This document shows positions 43,274 through 57,153 of a stretch of DNA of 64,000 nt, one piece after another. Within the stretch, counting starts at the first letter, position 1. Each line of letters begins with the position of its first letter. Source of the stretch: Eledone cirrhosa (lineage: Eukaryota); the NCBI GenBank assembly GCA_964016885.1, contig OZ024743.1:147746001-147810000 (forward strand), written 5' to 3'. The notes below the pieces were generated by a model, which saw nothing but the letters and a program-made list of their open reading frames with translations, ran no database searches and was not told where the DNA came from. A program made the translations under genes and the position numbers.

Positions 43274-43574
43274 CGCGGCGCCAAGTGATTTCATAAGTGT
43301 CGCAGACACACACACACGCACACACAATCCCGCTCTCTCTCTCTCTACATATATATATATATGTATATACAAATGAATATATGATAGGGATAAACACTGA
43401 TACAAGTATACATGTGTTTGCATTGCAAATGACCATGTTAGCTAGATTGAAAACACATCTATTCTTGTATGAGTGTTTATCCCTATCATATATTCATTTG
43501 TATTACACTGCTCAGAAATATTCCTTTCTTTGAGCTATTTAATTGTAAAAGACTATTTGAGTTTATAACTCTAT

Positions 43575-43649
<75 letters not shown>

Positions 43650-43742
43650 CTATTGACCACTTTGCTAGTATCATTTTTGATTTTTGCGTTTCGCATCGCT
43701 TTTTCTGCTCGCCGAAAACGCGATTGTCGCCGAAACTTTATT

Positions 43743-43786
<44 letters not shown>

Positions 43787-43790
43787 CTGT

Positions 43791-43867
<77 letters not shown>

Positions 43868-43872
<5 letters not shown>

Positions 43873-43991
43873 GGTATCAGAAATAACAACACATTCGGTA
43901 CAGTATATGGAAGGAATATATTAGGTTAAAGCTTGAAATATATTCCTTCCATATACTGTACCGAATGTGTTGTTATTTCTGTTTACCTTTT
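43868..43991. repeat. head-to-head palindrome of family E pLTR tails between (TG)n and (CA)n
   Basis: ~55-bp near-perfect arms with a ~14-nt spacer. Confidence 0.85.
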
Positions 43992-44017
43992 ACACACACA
44001 CACACACACACACACAT

Positions 44018-44062
<45 letters not shown>

Positions 44063-44107
44063 GTGACGAAACATAAGTCAATTGCATGAACTCATAATCC
44101 TTTATTT

Positions 44108-44163
44108 ACTGCTATATATATTTCGATGATAGCCATTGAATGGCTATGACCTCATCAGGCAGT
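44108..44163 (-). ncRNA. type I hammerhead ribozyme (family F)
   Basis: acugc CUGAUGA ggu c auagcca uucaa uggcuau c auc GAAA uauaua UA gcagu. Confidence 0.75.
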
Positions 44164-44841
44164 TAGTCAGTTCTTAGATATGCCAGCTCTATGTTTATAG
44201 TGTTGATGGTATCAGAGCCTTGGGACACCCCCTGTGTCTATATACCTATATACATAAGAATATATTTTCCTCGTGTCTGCATAAGAAAACATACAGATAT
44301 TTATCAAGCACTCTCCACTACCCTCTTTCTCTCCGTGTATATAAATATACCCCTCTTTCTTCCCCTCCTTTTCTCCCTATCTACTCTTACCCTACTTTCT
44401 CCCTCTACCTTTCTTCCTCTCACTATCACCCCTCGTCTGACCGTTTAGCAGTTCTCTTCTCACTTACAACTGCGGCGATCGGACGTGTCTTGTTCCTCTC
44501 GATTACTCGGTCTTGAACTTAAGTTCTTTTATCGAGTGGTCTTGGATTTCCTACCATTGCTCGCACATTGTTCGGTTTGTGTTCATTTTCGCTGTTTTGT
44601 TACTATTTCTCTTTTCTTCCCCTTCGCCTTGCGCCCCTCTTTCCTTCGTTTTCCCAATAACAAATCCAGTTATTGACGCCCTGGGTTGAAGTGGTATCTT
44701 GTCTTTAAAGCGTAGAAATATCCTAAACCCCCAGTAGACAACTGATGAGGAAAAGTCACTCCTCCCCTGTTCTTGCTTCCTTCGTATTCCTACTGCATTT
44801 TAAGTTACCTTAAATACCAACTACACAGACATTTCTATTCT

Positions 44842-44880
<39 letters not shown>

Positions 44881-45382
44881 TACATATATACATATATATG
44901 TATATATATATACATATGTGTGCGTGTGTGTGTAAATACATATATTTGAAAAGGGGACGATTGACTTCATTGGTGGTTGATGTACTTTAATAATTCAAGT
45001 CTTTACAATAAGCCGTTATTTTTATTATCTTACTTCTATATATATATATATGAACGGAGTATTAATAACCTCAGCTTGCTTCGTGAAACTCCAAATTCTG
45101 AAGAAGTTGTACAGCGGTGTACCATGCGTTTTAGATAATATATTATATATACACACACATACTTACACCCCCCACCTATATATATATATATGTATATACA
45201 TATATATATATAAGAAACGAAGAGGGTGTGGTATGATGTTAGGTGGACAATAACGCACCAGAATACTCAGTACTTAGGGTAAGTTCGGAGTTAGCTGTCG
45301 AAACGGCCGGACTCTTTTCCTATATATATATATATATAGATAGGTAAATATACACGGGTGTGTATGATTGTGTATAGAAGAT

Positions 45383-45617
45383 TATATTAATAAGAGGAAT
45401 TCCAACTTTGTCTGATTTACTCGTTTTATTTACAATCCTTTAAAATATATATAATGGTATGATAATGAAATAGTATGATAGAATATTAAATTCTAAGTGT
45501 TCAATTAACACTTAGAATTTAATATTCTATCATACTATTTCATTATCATACCATTATATATATTTTAAAGGATTGTAAATAAAACGAGTAAATCAGACAA
45601 AGTTGGAATTCCTCTTA

Positions 45618-45625
<8 letters not shown>
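45383..45625. repeat. perfect palindrome, ~119-bp arms, 5-nt loop (45502-45506)
   Basis: Arms read as exact reverse complements. Confidence 0.92.
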
Positions 45626-45669
<44 letters not shown>

Positions 45670-45709
45670 AAGAGAGAGGGGGTGCAGGAGATACACACAC
45701 ACGCTCACT

Positions 45710-45774
<65 letters not shown>

Positions 45775-45864
45775 GAACGATCGTCAAATCGGACCAAGGA
45801 AACAATGTTCCTGTTGGTCTTTCCAATTGGTAATACTATCTATCGGTCGCAACTCCAGGTAGAA

Positions 45865-45985
45865 GGAGCACCGTGAAATAAAGTGTCTTGCTCAAGGACA
45901 TAACGCATCGCCCGGTCCAGGAATCGAACTCACAACCTCACGATTGCGAATCAAATTCTCTAACCACTCAGCCACACGCCTTCAC
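45865..45985 (-). mobile_element. second tRNA-derived SINE family (5' part)
   Basis: A box TGGCTGAGTGG, B box GTTCGATTCC, then tgtccttgagcaagacactt CORE/V-like segment. Confidence 0.75.
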
Positions 45986-46029
45986 TGCATATATATATAT
46001 GCATATATATATGCATACATATATACATA

Positions 46030-46069
<40 letters not shown>

Positions 46070-46305
46070 ACATTTTACATTCATTTAAATTATTGACGTA
46101 TTGTTTTATTGATATTTTTTATCTGTTTGTCCCGAATCTTCCTTTATCGATTTTATATCGTATGGTTGATTGTAGACTTGTTCTATATGTGACGGTATTT
46201 TAACGATAGTTATAGCTCTGATTCATCTGAATTATTGAGCCCTCTGCCGCTCATGTCGAATCTCGTTTATCATGAACTCGTGCGCCGTTTTTTCGATACT
46301 CGATC

Positions 46306-46367
<62 letters not shown>

Positions 46368-46382
46368 TTATATATATATATA

Positions 46383-46473
<91 letters not shown>

Positions 46474-46767
46474 GACATCCATACATATATTTATGCATAG
46501 ATCTAGTTTGAGATGATTAAGAGAGAGTGGAATGACCTAAGCTCATCAAAATGCAGCATTATCTTACTCTCACTCAATCCGTTTTGTTCCTCTCCTCACC
46601 CCTCCTAATTCCGCATGACCTGTGTCGCATGTAAATAAGCACATGAATAGATTATCTCGAAAAACAAATCAACTGTTAGGGATTATCCGAGGAGAATAAA
46701 TCTACTGTGAGGAAAACGGATCAGTTGATCTCCTGTGTGTTCACATACGTGTGTATACGTGGGCATT

Positions 46768-46825
<58 letters not shown>

Positions 46826-47031
46826 ATCTTATGTATGTATGTATGACATACGTATGCATACAATAGATACACACACACACACAATCGCACGCGTTCACCC
46901 TCACACACACTCAGATGTATATATAAATAAATATATACATGCGAGTGTGTGTCTGTATGCATGAGAGTGTTTCTCAGTGTCTCCCTTATATATATATATA
47001 TATATATATACCTAGACATACACACACAGAC

Positions 47032-47080
<49 letters not shown>

Positions 47081-47111
47081 AGACATACACACACAGACAT
47101 ATATATATATA

Positions 47112-47189
<78 letters not shown>

Positions 47190-47904
47190 ATATATATATA
47201 TATGTATGTATATATATATATATAAATATATACATCTGTGTGTGTGTGATTGTAATAAGTTTGTGTGCGTGTGTATAATTAAATGAATGTATCTGTATGT
47301 GCATGTTTATAGAAGTACTTACACTGACATTAACACACGCACATATATAGACATGAATGTATGAAGTACTTGCTTACATAGGGGGCACATAAGTTCTACC
47401 TCTGCCTGATCTCATCAATGTTTAGTTATAAAGATGTGCAGAGACTTAATAGGATGAAAGTGATACGCCAGATCAAGTTTACTACGAACGGATCAAATTA
47501 TTTCGGAGGAAATGTTCGTGGATCAACTTTTGCTTGAATTATTCAAATGTAAGTATATTGAGAATATATGATAGCGAAGTGTATATCAGCACAATTCTTA
47601 TGTTTGTTAATCCTTTATGGTTATCATCATCTTCATAATCATATATAATTCCATATTCATTTTACTATTTTTTTTTCTTTTTCAAGAACTCTGTTTCACA
47701 TCTATATATGCTTTGCCCAATATCTATATTTATATTCAGGATGCAGAAATGAATTAGCTAAACAATGCTTACAAGAACAATTATAATAACTTGTTTCCAT
47801 TCAACTAATTACTGTCATTTGCCTGGGGGTTGTTTAAATTTATATTCAATCCAAACAAGACTTCACGATTTGAGGTATTATATAGTAGTTGATAATGGAG
47901 AACT

Positions 47905-48123
47905 TATACAGTGGATTTGCAGAATCGGTAGAACGTCGGAAAACATGCTCAACAGCATAGAGTTATGGCCCTTTACGTTCTGAGTTCTAATCCCGAAGAG
48001 GTAAATTTGCCTTTCATCATTACGGGGATTATAAAATAAAGCACCAGTAATGCACTGGGGTTTATTTGAGCGATTTCCCCTCCCACAAAATTGCTGGCCA
48101 TGTGCCTAAATTAGAAACAATTA
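47905..48123 (+). mobile_element. diverged tRNA-derived SINE
   Basis: Same core and tail. Confidence 0.8.
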
Positions 48124-48256
48124 TTTAACATATCCTTCATTTTACAAATGAGGTGGAGCAGCACCCTTGAATCATTTGCAGTACCCCTAAAAACGTTCAA
48201 CAAAATGGTGCAAGAAACCATGTCTAAAGGATAAAAAGCTACAATATATTGTGTTT

Positions 48257-48530
48257 ATACAGGGGACCTGGTCAGAATGATCGCAGTTGAGATGACTCCC
48301 ATAGCAGTGTATATTGTACTACTGATTATGCCTCACGGATGAGAAGCTGTACATTCTACATGACAGACTTTCGCTCTATATCCTTGCTAGCGTGGAGAGG
48401 ATATTTCTTAAATTAACGATATATCGTCTCCATATTGTACACCCGACTTCCACTGTGTGATATAGCAGCGTGGATCAATTGATACGTTTCTTTCCCAAGT
48501 CTTCCCATTACCGGTAGACACATCTATAAT
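48257..48530 (-). mobile_element. possible Tc1/mariner remnant
   Basis: TA|CAGGG TIR-like end; minus strand RLGKETYQLIH...ETIYR*FKKY resembles a mariner N-terminal HTH. Confidence 0.3.
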
Positions 48531-49100
48531 TTTCTGCCCTCATGTTCGAATAATTTGATGGAACAAATATATAAGTCGTATATTTTTTCATTATAAATTT
48601 TTAAATAATGCGCACTTTCATGTACTCCTGCAAAGTAATATGCTGCTTATATCTCTCAAGTATTTACATGTTTCGTTTATATATATATATATTGTACATT
48701 TAAAAATATACGTTATGTTTATGAAATACAATTTGAAGGACCACAGAATGTTTTTCATATGCATACATATATATATTTGAATGTAATCTGAGTTTTTCTA
48801 ATATTAATAATTGTTTCTACGTTAGGTACAAGGCCAGCAATTTCCCAGTGCATTACTGGTACTTTATTTTATCGACCCCGTAAGGATGAAAGGCAAAGTT
48901 AACCTGGGCGGGATTTGAACTCAGAATGGCAAGGGCCGCAATTCTATACGTCAAAGCATGGTGTCCGACCCTCTACAAATACTGCTAATCCATTAATAAT
49001 AACATTTGTTTCGTTTGCAATTATACAAACAAGCCTCATTTTTATATCCATGTCAGTAGAATGAATCCTTCATTCTTGCTCTTGTGTTGGCATGTAAACA

Positions 49101-49150
49101 GAACTGCAGACACTAATGTTTCTGGGTATCACACTTCATCAGTACAGCTC
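49101..49150 (-). ncRNA. type I hammerhead ribozyme (family B)
   Basis: gagcugua CUGAUGA agugugauaccca GAAA cauuagu GUC ugcaguuc; 8-bp helix I, weak helix II. Confidence 0.65.
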
Positions 49151-49681
49151 ACTGTTAATCTGTCAACTGTCATAGCTAGTGAAAATATATGCTATTTTTT
49201 TAAAATATACAGTGACTGATCGGCCTGATTTGCATATTAGCAGATCCACTGATCAGCCAGATTTGCATATCAGCAGAGTGGCCAGTCAGTTGCTGTATAC
49301 GAGCGATAAATGGCCGGCTTTGCCACATTCAAATTAAAAATGTTTTCGCTTTACATGGCTGAATACAATAAATGTAATCTGAGTTTTTCGAATATTAATA
49401 ATTGTTTCTACTTTTGGCAAAAGGCCTGCAATTATCCCAGTGTAATTCTGGTACTTTATTTTATCGACCCCGTAAGGATGAAAGGCAAAGTTAACCACTG
49501 GCGGGATTTGAAATCAGATCATAAAGGGCCGTAACTCTATGCTTCAAAGCATGTCGTCTGACCCTCTACCGATACTGCCATAACATTCGATTCGTTTGCA
49601 ATTATACAAACAAGCATCATTTTTATAGCCATGTCAGTAGAATGAACCCTTCATTCTTGTTCTTGTGTTGGCATGTTAACA

Positions 49682-49731
49682 GAACTGCAGACACTAATGT
49701 TTCTGGGTATCACACTTCATCAGTACAGCTC
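49682..49731 (-). ncRNA. type I hammerhead ribozyme (family B)
   Basis: Identical motif 581 bp from the previous one. Confidence 0.65.
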
Positions 49732-50363
49732 ACTGTTCATCTGCCAACTGTCAGAGCTAGTGAAAATATATGCTATTTTCTAAAATATACAGTGATTGAT
49801 CGGTCTGATTTGCATATTAGCAGACTGGCTGATGAAAATTAGAATGTTCTTATTCAAGCCGGAGCTTTGTAGTTATGCAAGATGTGTTTCCAGACATGTG
49901 GACAACGTGAGAAGATTTCGTTTCTTGAATTTAGGCAATCGCTATTGCGTAATCTCCTTAGAATATTTATCCTTTCTTCAATACACAATCCACAAGACGG
50001 ATTGCCCCTTCTGTATGGCTTGGACTTAGTGATGGCTTTCCATTGAATGGAGTGTCCTTGAGGGACCATACGTGGATCACGAGTTTCGTGGATGATGGTC
50101 CCTCAAGGACTCAGGTATAGACTACAACAACATTTTCATTTTCTAATCAACACGAACATCTCTTCCGGACATTCGAAGTTATCTCCATTTTCATCTTTCG
50201 CACGTGAATTTGTATCGCTTTGCTGAAGTGACCGTTTCTGTGCATGAGCGTTCATACGGTTTTTCTTCCTGTTCCCTATAACCATGACCAGTCCGAGCTG
50301 AAGATCCACTAAGGAGAAACAATTGTTCTTGGTAAGATAAACTAACTGTTGTGTTACTACTTC

Positions 50364-50399
<36 letters not shown>

Positions 50400-50437
50400 T
50401 CCACACATCCACACACGCTCGAAATAACAGAAAAACG

Positions 50438-50473
50438 TCTTAACATTTCGGACACTAATCCTTCATCAGAAGA
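50438..50473 (-). ncRNA. minimal hammerhead (family E)
   Basis: ucuu CUGAUGA a ggau uagu gucc GAAA uGUU aaga. Confidence 0.65.
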
Positions 50474-51560
50474 TAGAATTATAAATAAAAGTTTTGATAG
50501 ATAAACTGTGAGAAGAGGAAGTAACGGAAAAGAAATGAGCAAAAACATGCGTGCATATTCAGTCAGAACATTTGGAGATTTCTGGTCTATATGTTTGTAT
50601 TTTATATGTTTATATGTCTGTGTGCGTGCATCTGCATGTATGTTTGTGTGTTTATGTGCCTGTGCATGATTTTGTGTGTATGTATATGCGTGTGTAAGTG
50701 TCTAAGTGTGTGTGTGTGTGTATACAATTCTTCATATTTATAGCACTTTGTTTGATATGAATGTTCCGTTTAACGCAAACAGTTATCCATAGAACATGTA
50801 ATTCATAGACTGAAGGTTACAAGACGTCTCTCTCTAATCCCTTTGATAAGTATATGATTGTCAATGCTGAAACAATTTTTGATCACAGATTCTGCTTGAT
50901 TTAATTTATATCTACATAATCAAAATATACAATACATGTATGTTGAGTGAACTCATTAGATATTTACTAAATATGTCACTGATTTATGTTTGAAATCGTC
51001 ACTTTGTTGAAGTAGGAAATATAAATTAGAAAATTGTATTTAAATTTCGCAAAAATGATGAATTATATATTGAAATTCATATAACCATACGAATGTAGGC
51101 GTATTGGGTGGCGTGGTTAGTGAGTATTCTTCGGACAACCATGAGCATATTGTGGAGCATATTGTGGCTTTCAAATATAAATATTGTCCGTTATTTCCAA
51201 TGCTGTATACATGTGTGTGTGTGTGTGTGTGTGGAGAGAGAGAGAGAGGGAGAGAGTGAGAGAGCGAGAGAGAGAGCGAGAGAGAGGAGCTGGGAGAGAG
51301 ATTATATTGTCATTCAAATCTATCAAAGACTGCGCTATCGACACTCTTCCTATTAATTCCTTATGTGTATCACTCCGCGAACTCCGTACTAATTAGTCAA
51401 CTCAAAATAATGACAAATGTCGAGAAAAATCTGCTTGGCGCCGTTTTTCCAGAACATTCAATCTCAAGATGTTTAAGTTAAACACTAATTTAGGTATTAA
51501 ACGCGAGTTCATTGGTTAAACCTCTTAACATACTTTCCATTATTATTTTTTTGTACTAGT

Positions 51561-51663
51561 GCGGAGATTGCTAGTGTACTTAGTACATTGGACAAATGCT
51601 TAACAGTATTTGTTCCGGATCTTTACATTCTGAGTTCAAAACCCGCCGCGGTCAACTTTGTCT

Positions 51664-51705
<42 letters not shown>

Positions 51706-51790
51706 TAAAATGAAGTAATATTGACGTACTGGGTCGAATTAATCGATTTCTCAACCCCTTAATTCCTCACTAACTACCTAAATTATAAGA
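51561..51790 (+). mobile_element. diverged SINE interrupted by (TG)n
   Basis: ctgagttcaaaacccgccgcggtcaactttgtctttcat...gataaaatgaagta. Confidence 0.65.
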
Positions 51791-52019
51791 ATTTATTTTG
51801 TTGCATGAGTTTGCTTTCTGAGATTTCTGACATTACACTTTTATTTCTGTTTATTGTGTCCAAGTTTGATTAAATAAAGATGTAGTCGACAAGTGGCCCG
51901 AGTTGATATACCTAGATGTGAATGAGATTATAATAGAAAGGCAGTCAATGTTTAACTGATAAATACTCACACGCATACACTCATTCAAAGACACACACAC
52001 ACATATATATATATATAAA

Positions 52020-52136
52020 AGGAAAAGAATGAAACGAAATTTCAATTCTCACTCTTAGTACGGCTGGTACTTAAATGTAAGTATGTATGTATACGTACAT
52101 ACATATATGTACAGTAGTATATATATATACATACAG

Positions 52137-52212
<76 letters not shown>

Positions 52213-53100
52213 GTATGGTTTTACCGAACATTTATTATAATACTCGGTTTGTTTGTAAACGAACAGCCCGAATTACGCCGTACAATGTTCAGGCAACCAT
52301 CGTCACCTTTTTGTTCAACACTGACACAGGAACGATGTACTAGTTTCAAGCTTATTAGCTATCGTCAGTATCGTATACCTTTCTTTCAGATGGTTGAACG
52401 TCTGAAAGTATATACTTTCCATATGCATATTAACGGCTGAGCAGCCTAATTTGCATATCGAATGAGTTAGTCGGCCGGGCGCACCGAAAACGAGAAATGG
52501 AAAAGAGTGAAACGAAATTTCATTTCTCACTCTTAGTACGACTGGTACTTAAATGTAAATATGTATCTATACGTACATAAATATATGTATATAGACATAC
52601 AGTAGTATGTATATATATATATATACATACATGCAAACATATATATATGTACGTATGGGTTTACCGTACATTTATTATAATGCTCGGTTTGTTTGTAAAC
52701 AAACAGCCCGAATTACGCCGTACAGTGTTCAGGCAACCATCGTCACATTTCATTCTTTTCCATTTATCGTTTTCGGTGCCCCCGGCCGACTAACTCATTT
52801 GATATGCAAATTAGGCTGCTCAGCCATTAATATGCATAAGGAAAGTATATACTTTCAGACGTTCAACCATCTGACAGAAAGGTATACGATGCTGACGATA
52901 GCTAATAAGCTTGAAACTAGTACAACGTTCCTGTGTCAGTGTTGAACAAAAAGGTGATGATGGTTGCCTGAACACTGTACGGCGTAATTCGGGCTGTTTG
53001 TAAACCCAACCGTACATATATATATATATGTGTGCATGTATGTATATATATACATACTATTTTACGTATGTATACATATATGTATGTACGTATACATACA
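52020..53100. mobile_element. family A repeat: 1.5 tandem units plus inverted partial; HHRs at 52332-52374 (minus) and 52886-52928 (plus)
   Basis: Homologous to 6141-7441; CTGACGA tagctaataagctt GAAA ctagta; inversion junction near 52746. Confidence 0.9.
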
Positions 53101-53105
53101 CAATT

Positions 53106-53181
<76 letters not shown>

Positions 53182-53492
53182 GTATATATAACTATAGCCA
53201 TTTGAGTGAGGCATTAATGAGTATAAGGGAGCTTGAATACAACGCCATATGCTGTGCTATATTCCATTCTATGTTACTCTTTGTATACGCGGGTCTAGAT
53301 TAGTTTAAGACACACATACAGCGCGCACACGCACACACAGACACATACACACACATACAAACGCTTACAAAAACACACATACATGTAGGTAGACTAATGG
53401 CTAGCTCGATATTTAGATAGGCAAAAATAAGAGAAGAGGAGACATTAAATAAAGTACAATGTATGCGTATACAAACACACACACACACACCC

Positions 53493-53610
<118 letters not shown>

Positions 53611-54102
53611 TCCTCTTTATGTTACCTGAAGGATTTAGACATACCGAGAAATTAGTGATTGAGTCAATCAGTTTCGAAAGAATATATATAACTCTGTGTG
53701 TGAATGTATTTATATATATATATATAGCTTGATCCGACACCAATCAAGTGGAATGCTGTTGTCACATTCACGCTGCTTTATATATTTATGTACAACTTTT
53801 CACCCTCAAATAATCTTCCAGTGCGTAACCAATTGCCTTTATGATAAAAGTGATTATCTCCCTTTTTCATCTGCTAGCCAACAAATGCTGCAGGGTCATT
53901 AATGCACATCACCTTTAGAAGTTTTTAAGTCATTCCCTCTAAATTTCTCTTGGGAGAGTTTAGAAATGGCTAATACAAATATATATGTATCATGAGGATA
54001 TGTATTATGCAACATGGAATTTTCCTGAAAACATTTCTCCTAGTTCGGCACTAGCAAAAATATCTACATGCACACATATTCACAAACACATATACATGCA
54101 TA

Positions 54103-54165
<63 letters not shown>

Positions 54166-54237
54166 ATATATTTGAATAGATACTAAGACACACACACACC
54201 CACACACATCTATATGTATATACATATATATATATAA

Positions 54238-54280
<43 letters not shown>

Positions 54281-54314
54281 CTTACGTATATATATGTATG
54301 TATATATATTTATA

Positions 54315-54365
<51 letters not shown>

Positions 54366-54760
54366 CTATATGTGTGTTTGTGCATGTGTACGTATGTGTA
54401 TGTGTGTTCCTGCATGCGTCCGTTTCTTTATCTTATATTGTGAATAATCTTCCGTTCATCAGGCCGCCGTTTAATTGGCGCAGTCGTTCATTTTGGACAA
54501 AGCTTTTGTGCGATTATTAGCAGATTGACCAAATTACTGCAATCTTCTTCACTATTTTGCGACTCAATGGCATTTACTAGAATGTGATTGTTATATCTGT
54601 AGGATTGAAATAGAGTAGATTAATGTGTTAAGAAGGAAAGAATGAAAGAAAGGAATGAAAATTACAGAAACGGATTCTGCGCAAATCATAATACACAAAT
54701 AAGCTAGGATAGCTTATGGTCTAGCTTGCAGTCGATTATTTGAGAGAAAGTGAGAGAGAG

Positions 54761-54867
<107 letters not shown>

Positions 54868-56210
54868 AGGAGAGGGAGAGAGAGAGATTGGGAGAGAGGG
54901 AAATGAAAGAATGAAAGGAGAACAAAATACCCCAGTAACCTTTTTTATTTATTAACCACAAAAGAATGAAAGGTTCGAGTAAATTGTAACTCGAAATAAA
55001 GTAAAGGAACATATAAATGCGAGCATTTTATTCGTATTTCTAAGGGCTCAACCAATTCGATTTTTTAAACTGATTTCTATTGAAGACATATATGTCAGTA
55101 AACAACGGTTTATATTTTTTCTTATTTATAAACTTTAGAGGAAATTGTTTCATGCTTGTATGAGGGGGGGGGGGCCTATAAGTTTATAGATGGTATATTA
55201 CGATTTTAAATATTTTATATATTCATATATTGCGTTTAATACATTTATGGCAGAGAGATATGTAGATGTACACATCGATATTTTCATTCATCCACATGGG
55301 TACACACACTCTTATACCCACACATCCAGACACCATACTTGCTTATATGCACACCCTCACGCGCATACATACATGAGCCCGTATTTAAATTCACTTCTTT
55401 TAAATAAAATTAAAAATATTTTTGATATTTTAAAAATGGTCGCGCAGGAACTTCACTTAAAATTCATTACATTTCTACATTTTTCAAAGACACTGAAATA
55501 TTCTCTCATCCTCATCTCCTTTTCTGGCAAGTTTAGTCATGCTGTTAACACGTTGTTAAAACGGTAACTAAAATGTGGTGATTCTGTCTCTCTTTTATTC
55601 CTGCAATACTTTGAAATGAATAAAACCTAAACTTATTTCCTGTTCTTGAGTTGCCAAACAATGATCCGCTTTGAATATTGTCTAACTTGTTTTAAATTGA
55701 AATCCATTATTGTTGAATTCCTTCTTTTAATACCGATGCGAAATGAGGAGATAAACAATGGAGAGCCTGAAAAATATGCTCTCTCGAAGAATTCTATCTT
55801 GCAAATATTTGTAATGTTTCCATTCTATTAGAGAACGCTAGCTCCACAGTGACACACATACCGTTTCCAATTAAGATTGAGCTTTGCTTCATTTAGCACA
55901 GCGATATTATATATTATGAATAGGTCTTCCGTGTTCTTTATGAAATTTCATTCTTAATTTTTAAGCCGATCTTTGTCCTTTCGACTTCAATTTTCTTTTA
56001 TATATATTTTTTATTTGTTAGATAGCTCATATCTGAGTAGTTTTGTTACCTAATTTATTTCTGGTTAATTCCCTCCTATTCTATGATTATTTTTCTACTT
56101 TCTGCATCACTAAGTGAAGCAGTAAATTTCAATTTCTCTATTGACACTTCAAACGATAGAAGTCTCATATACGTAGGCATGCGTGTATCAGCATAAGTGT
56201 ATGCGGGCGC

Positions 56211-56283
<73 letters not shown>

Positions 56284-56297
56284 TACACACAAACACA

Positions 56298-56329
<32 letters not shown>

Positions 56330-56637
56330 AGTGTATACTTGTATGTATGACACAAATATATGTATATACTCACACATATGCATAAACATTCGTGTCTTTA
56401 CTCATACATAAGAAGTCTTTCTGTGCATAAAAAACATATTCGTTCAGTGCAAAATATTTTTTGGAGAATCTTAAAGAAAAAGCATCATGTAAAAAGAAAA
56501 GAAATGAATTCGTTAACGTTTGTATGCTGTCCTAAATGGGATTATATCCATGTCTTTACTACTGATTCCTCTTAGAGACTGAGTCACAGCTGGTCAAATC
56601 TTCAGAAGAAATAACTGCTATCTAAGGTATCATTGGA

Positions 56638-56790
56638 AGGCGGCGAATTGGCACAGTGGTTAGAACGTCGGACAGAATGCTTTGCGTTATTCAATTCAGC
56701 TCTCAACTTTCTGAGTTCAAACACCACAGAGGTCAGCTTCGCCTTTCATCGATTCGTGGTGGATAAGAAAAGTATGAGTCAGTTACAGGG
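56638..56790 (+). mobile_element. diverged SINE, 5' part
   Basis: tRNA-like head and core. Confidence 0.65.
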
Positions 56791-56964
56791 CTCGGTTCTC
56801 CTTCTATATATCTTTCTCACTTCCATTCTGTCATTATATTTTTCTCTAGAAGAATTCTGATATATTCAGACCGCGAGAGGGGATTGACTCCACCAGGTTT
56901 ACAAGAAATGCTCTAGAAACGCCGTATGTCAATATCATTGGTTCATTTCTTCTTACCAGCCTGC

Positions 56965-57153
56965 AGGTGGATAGGCAGTAGTGGTAGAGGGTCGGACGCC
57001 ATGCTTTGACGCATAGAGTTACGTCCCTTGCCATTCTGAGTTCAAATCCCGCCGAGGTTAACTTTGCCTTTCATCCTTACGGGGTCGATAAAATAAAGTA
57101 CCAGTAATACACTGGGTAATTGCTGGCCTTGTGCCTAACGTAGAAACAATTAT
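56965..57153 (+). mobile_element. tRNA-derived SINE
   Basis: Full head, core and tail. Confidence 0.9.

Larger units (their letters stand above)
48778..50069 (-). mobile_element. Penelope-like 3' end: EN C-terminus (49854-50069) plus tandem ~581-590-bp pLTRs (family B), each carrying a SINE
   Basis: WKAITKSKPY..GNPSCGLCIEERINIL....CLNSRNEIFSRCPH; duplication 48778-49250 / 49370-49830; SINEs at ~48808-48992 and ~49395-49580. Confidence 0.85.

Noticed and set aside
44740-44800. CTGATGAGG half-motif (similar halves at ~16728 and ~20900)
   Set aside because: No downstream GAAA or helix III; at best truncated hammerheads
54405-54470. CUGAUGA...GAAAC on the minus strand
   Set aside because: No pairing helix II and no NUH/helix I arrangement
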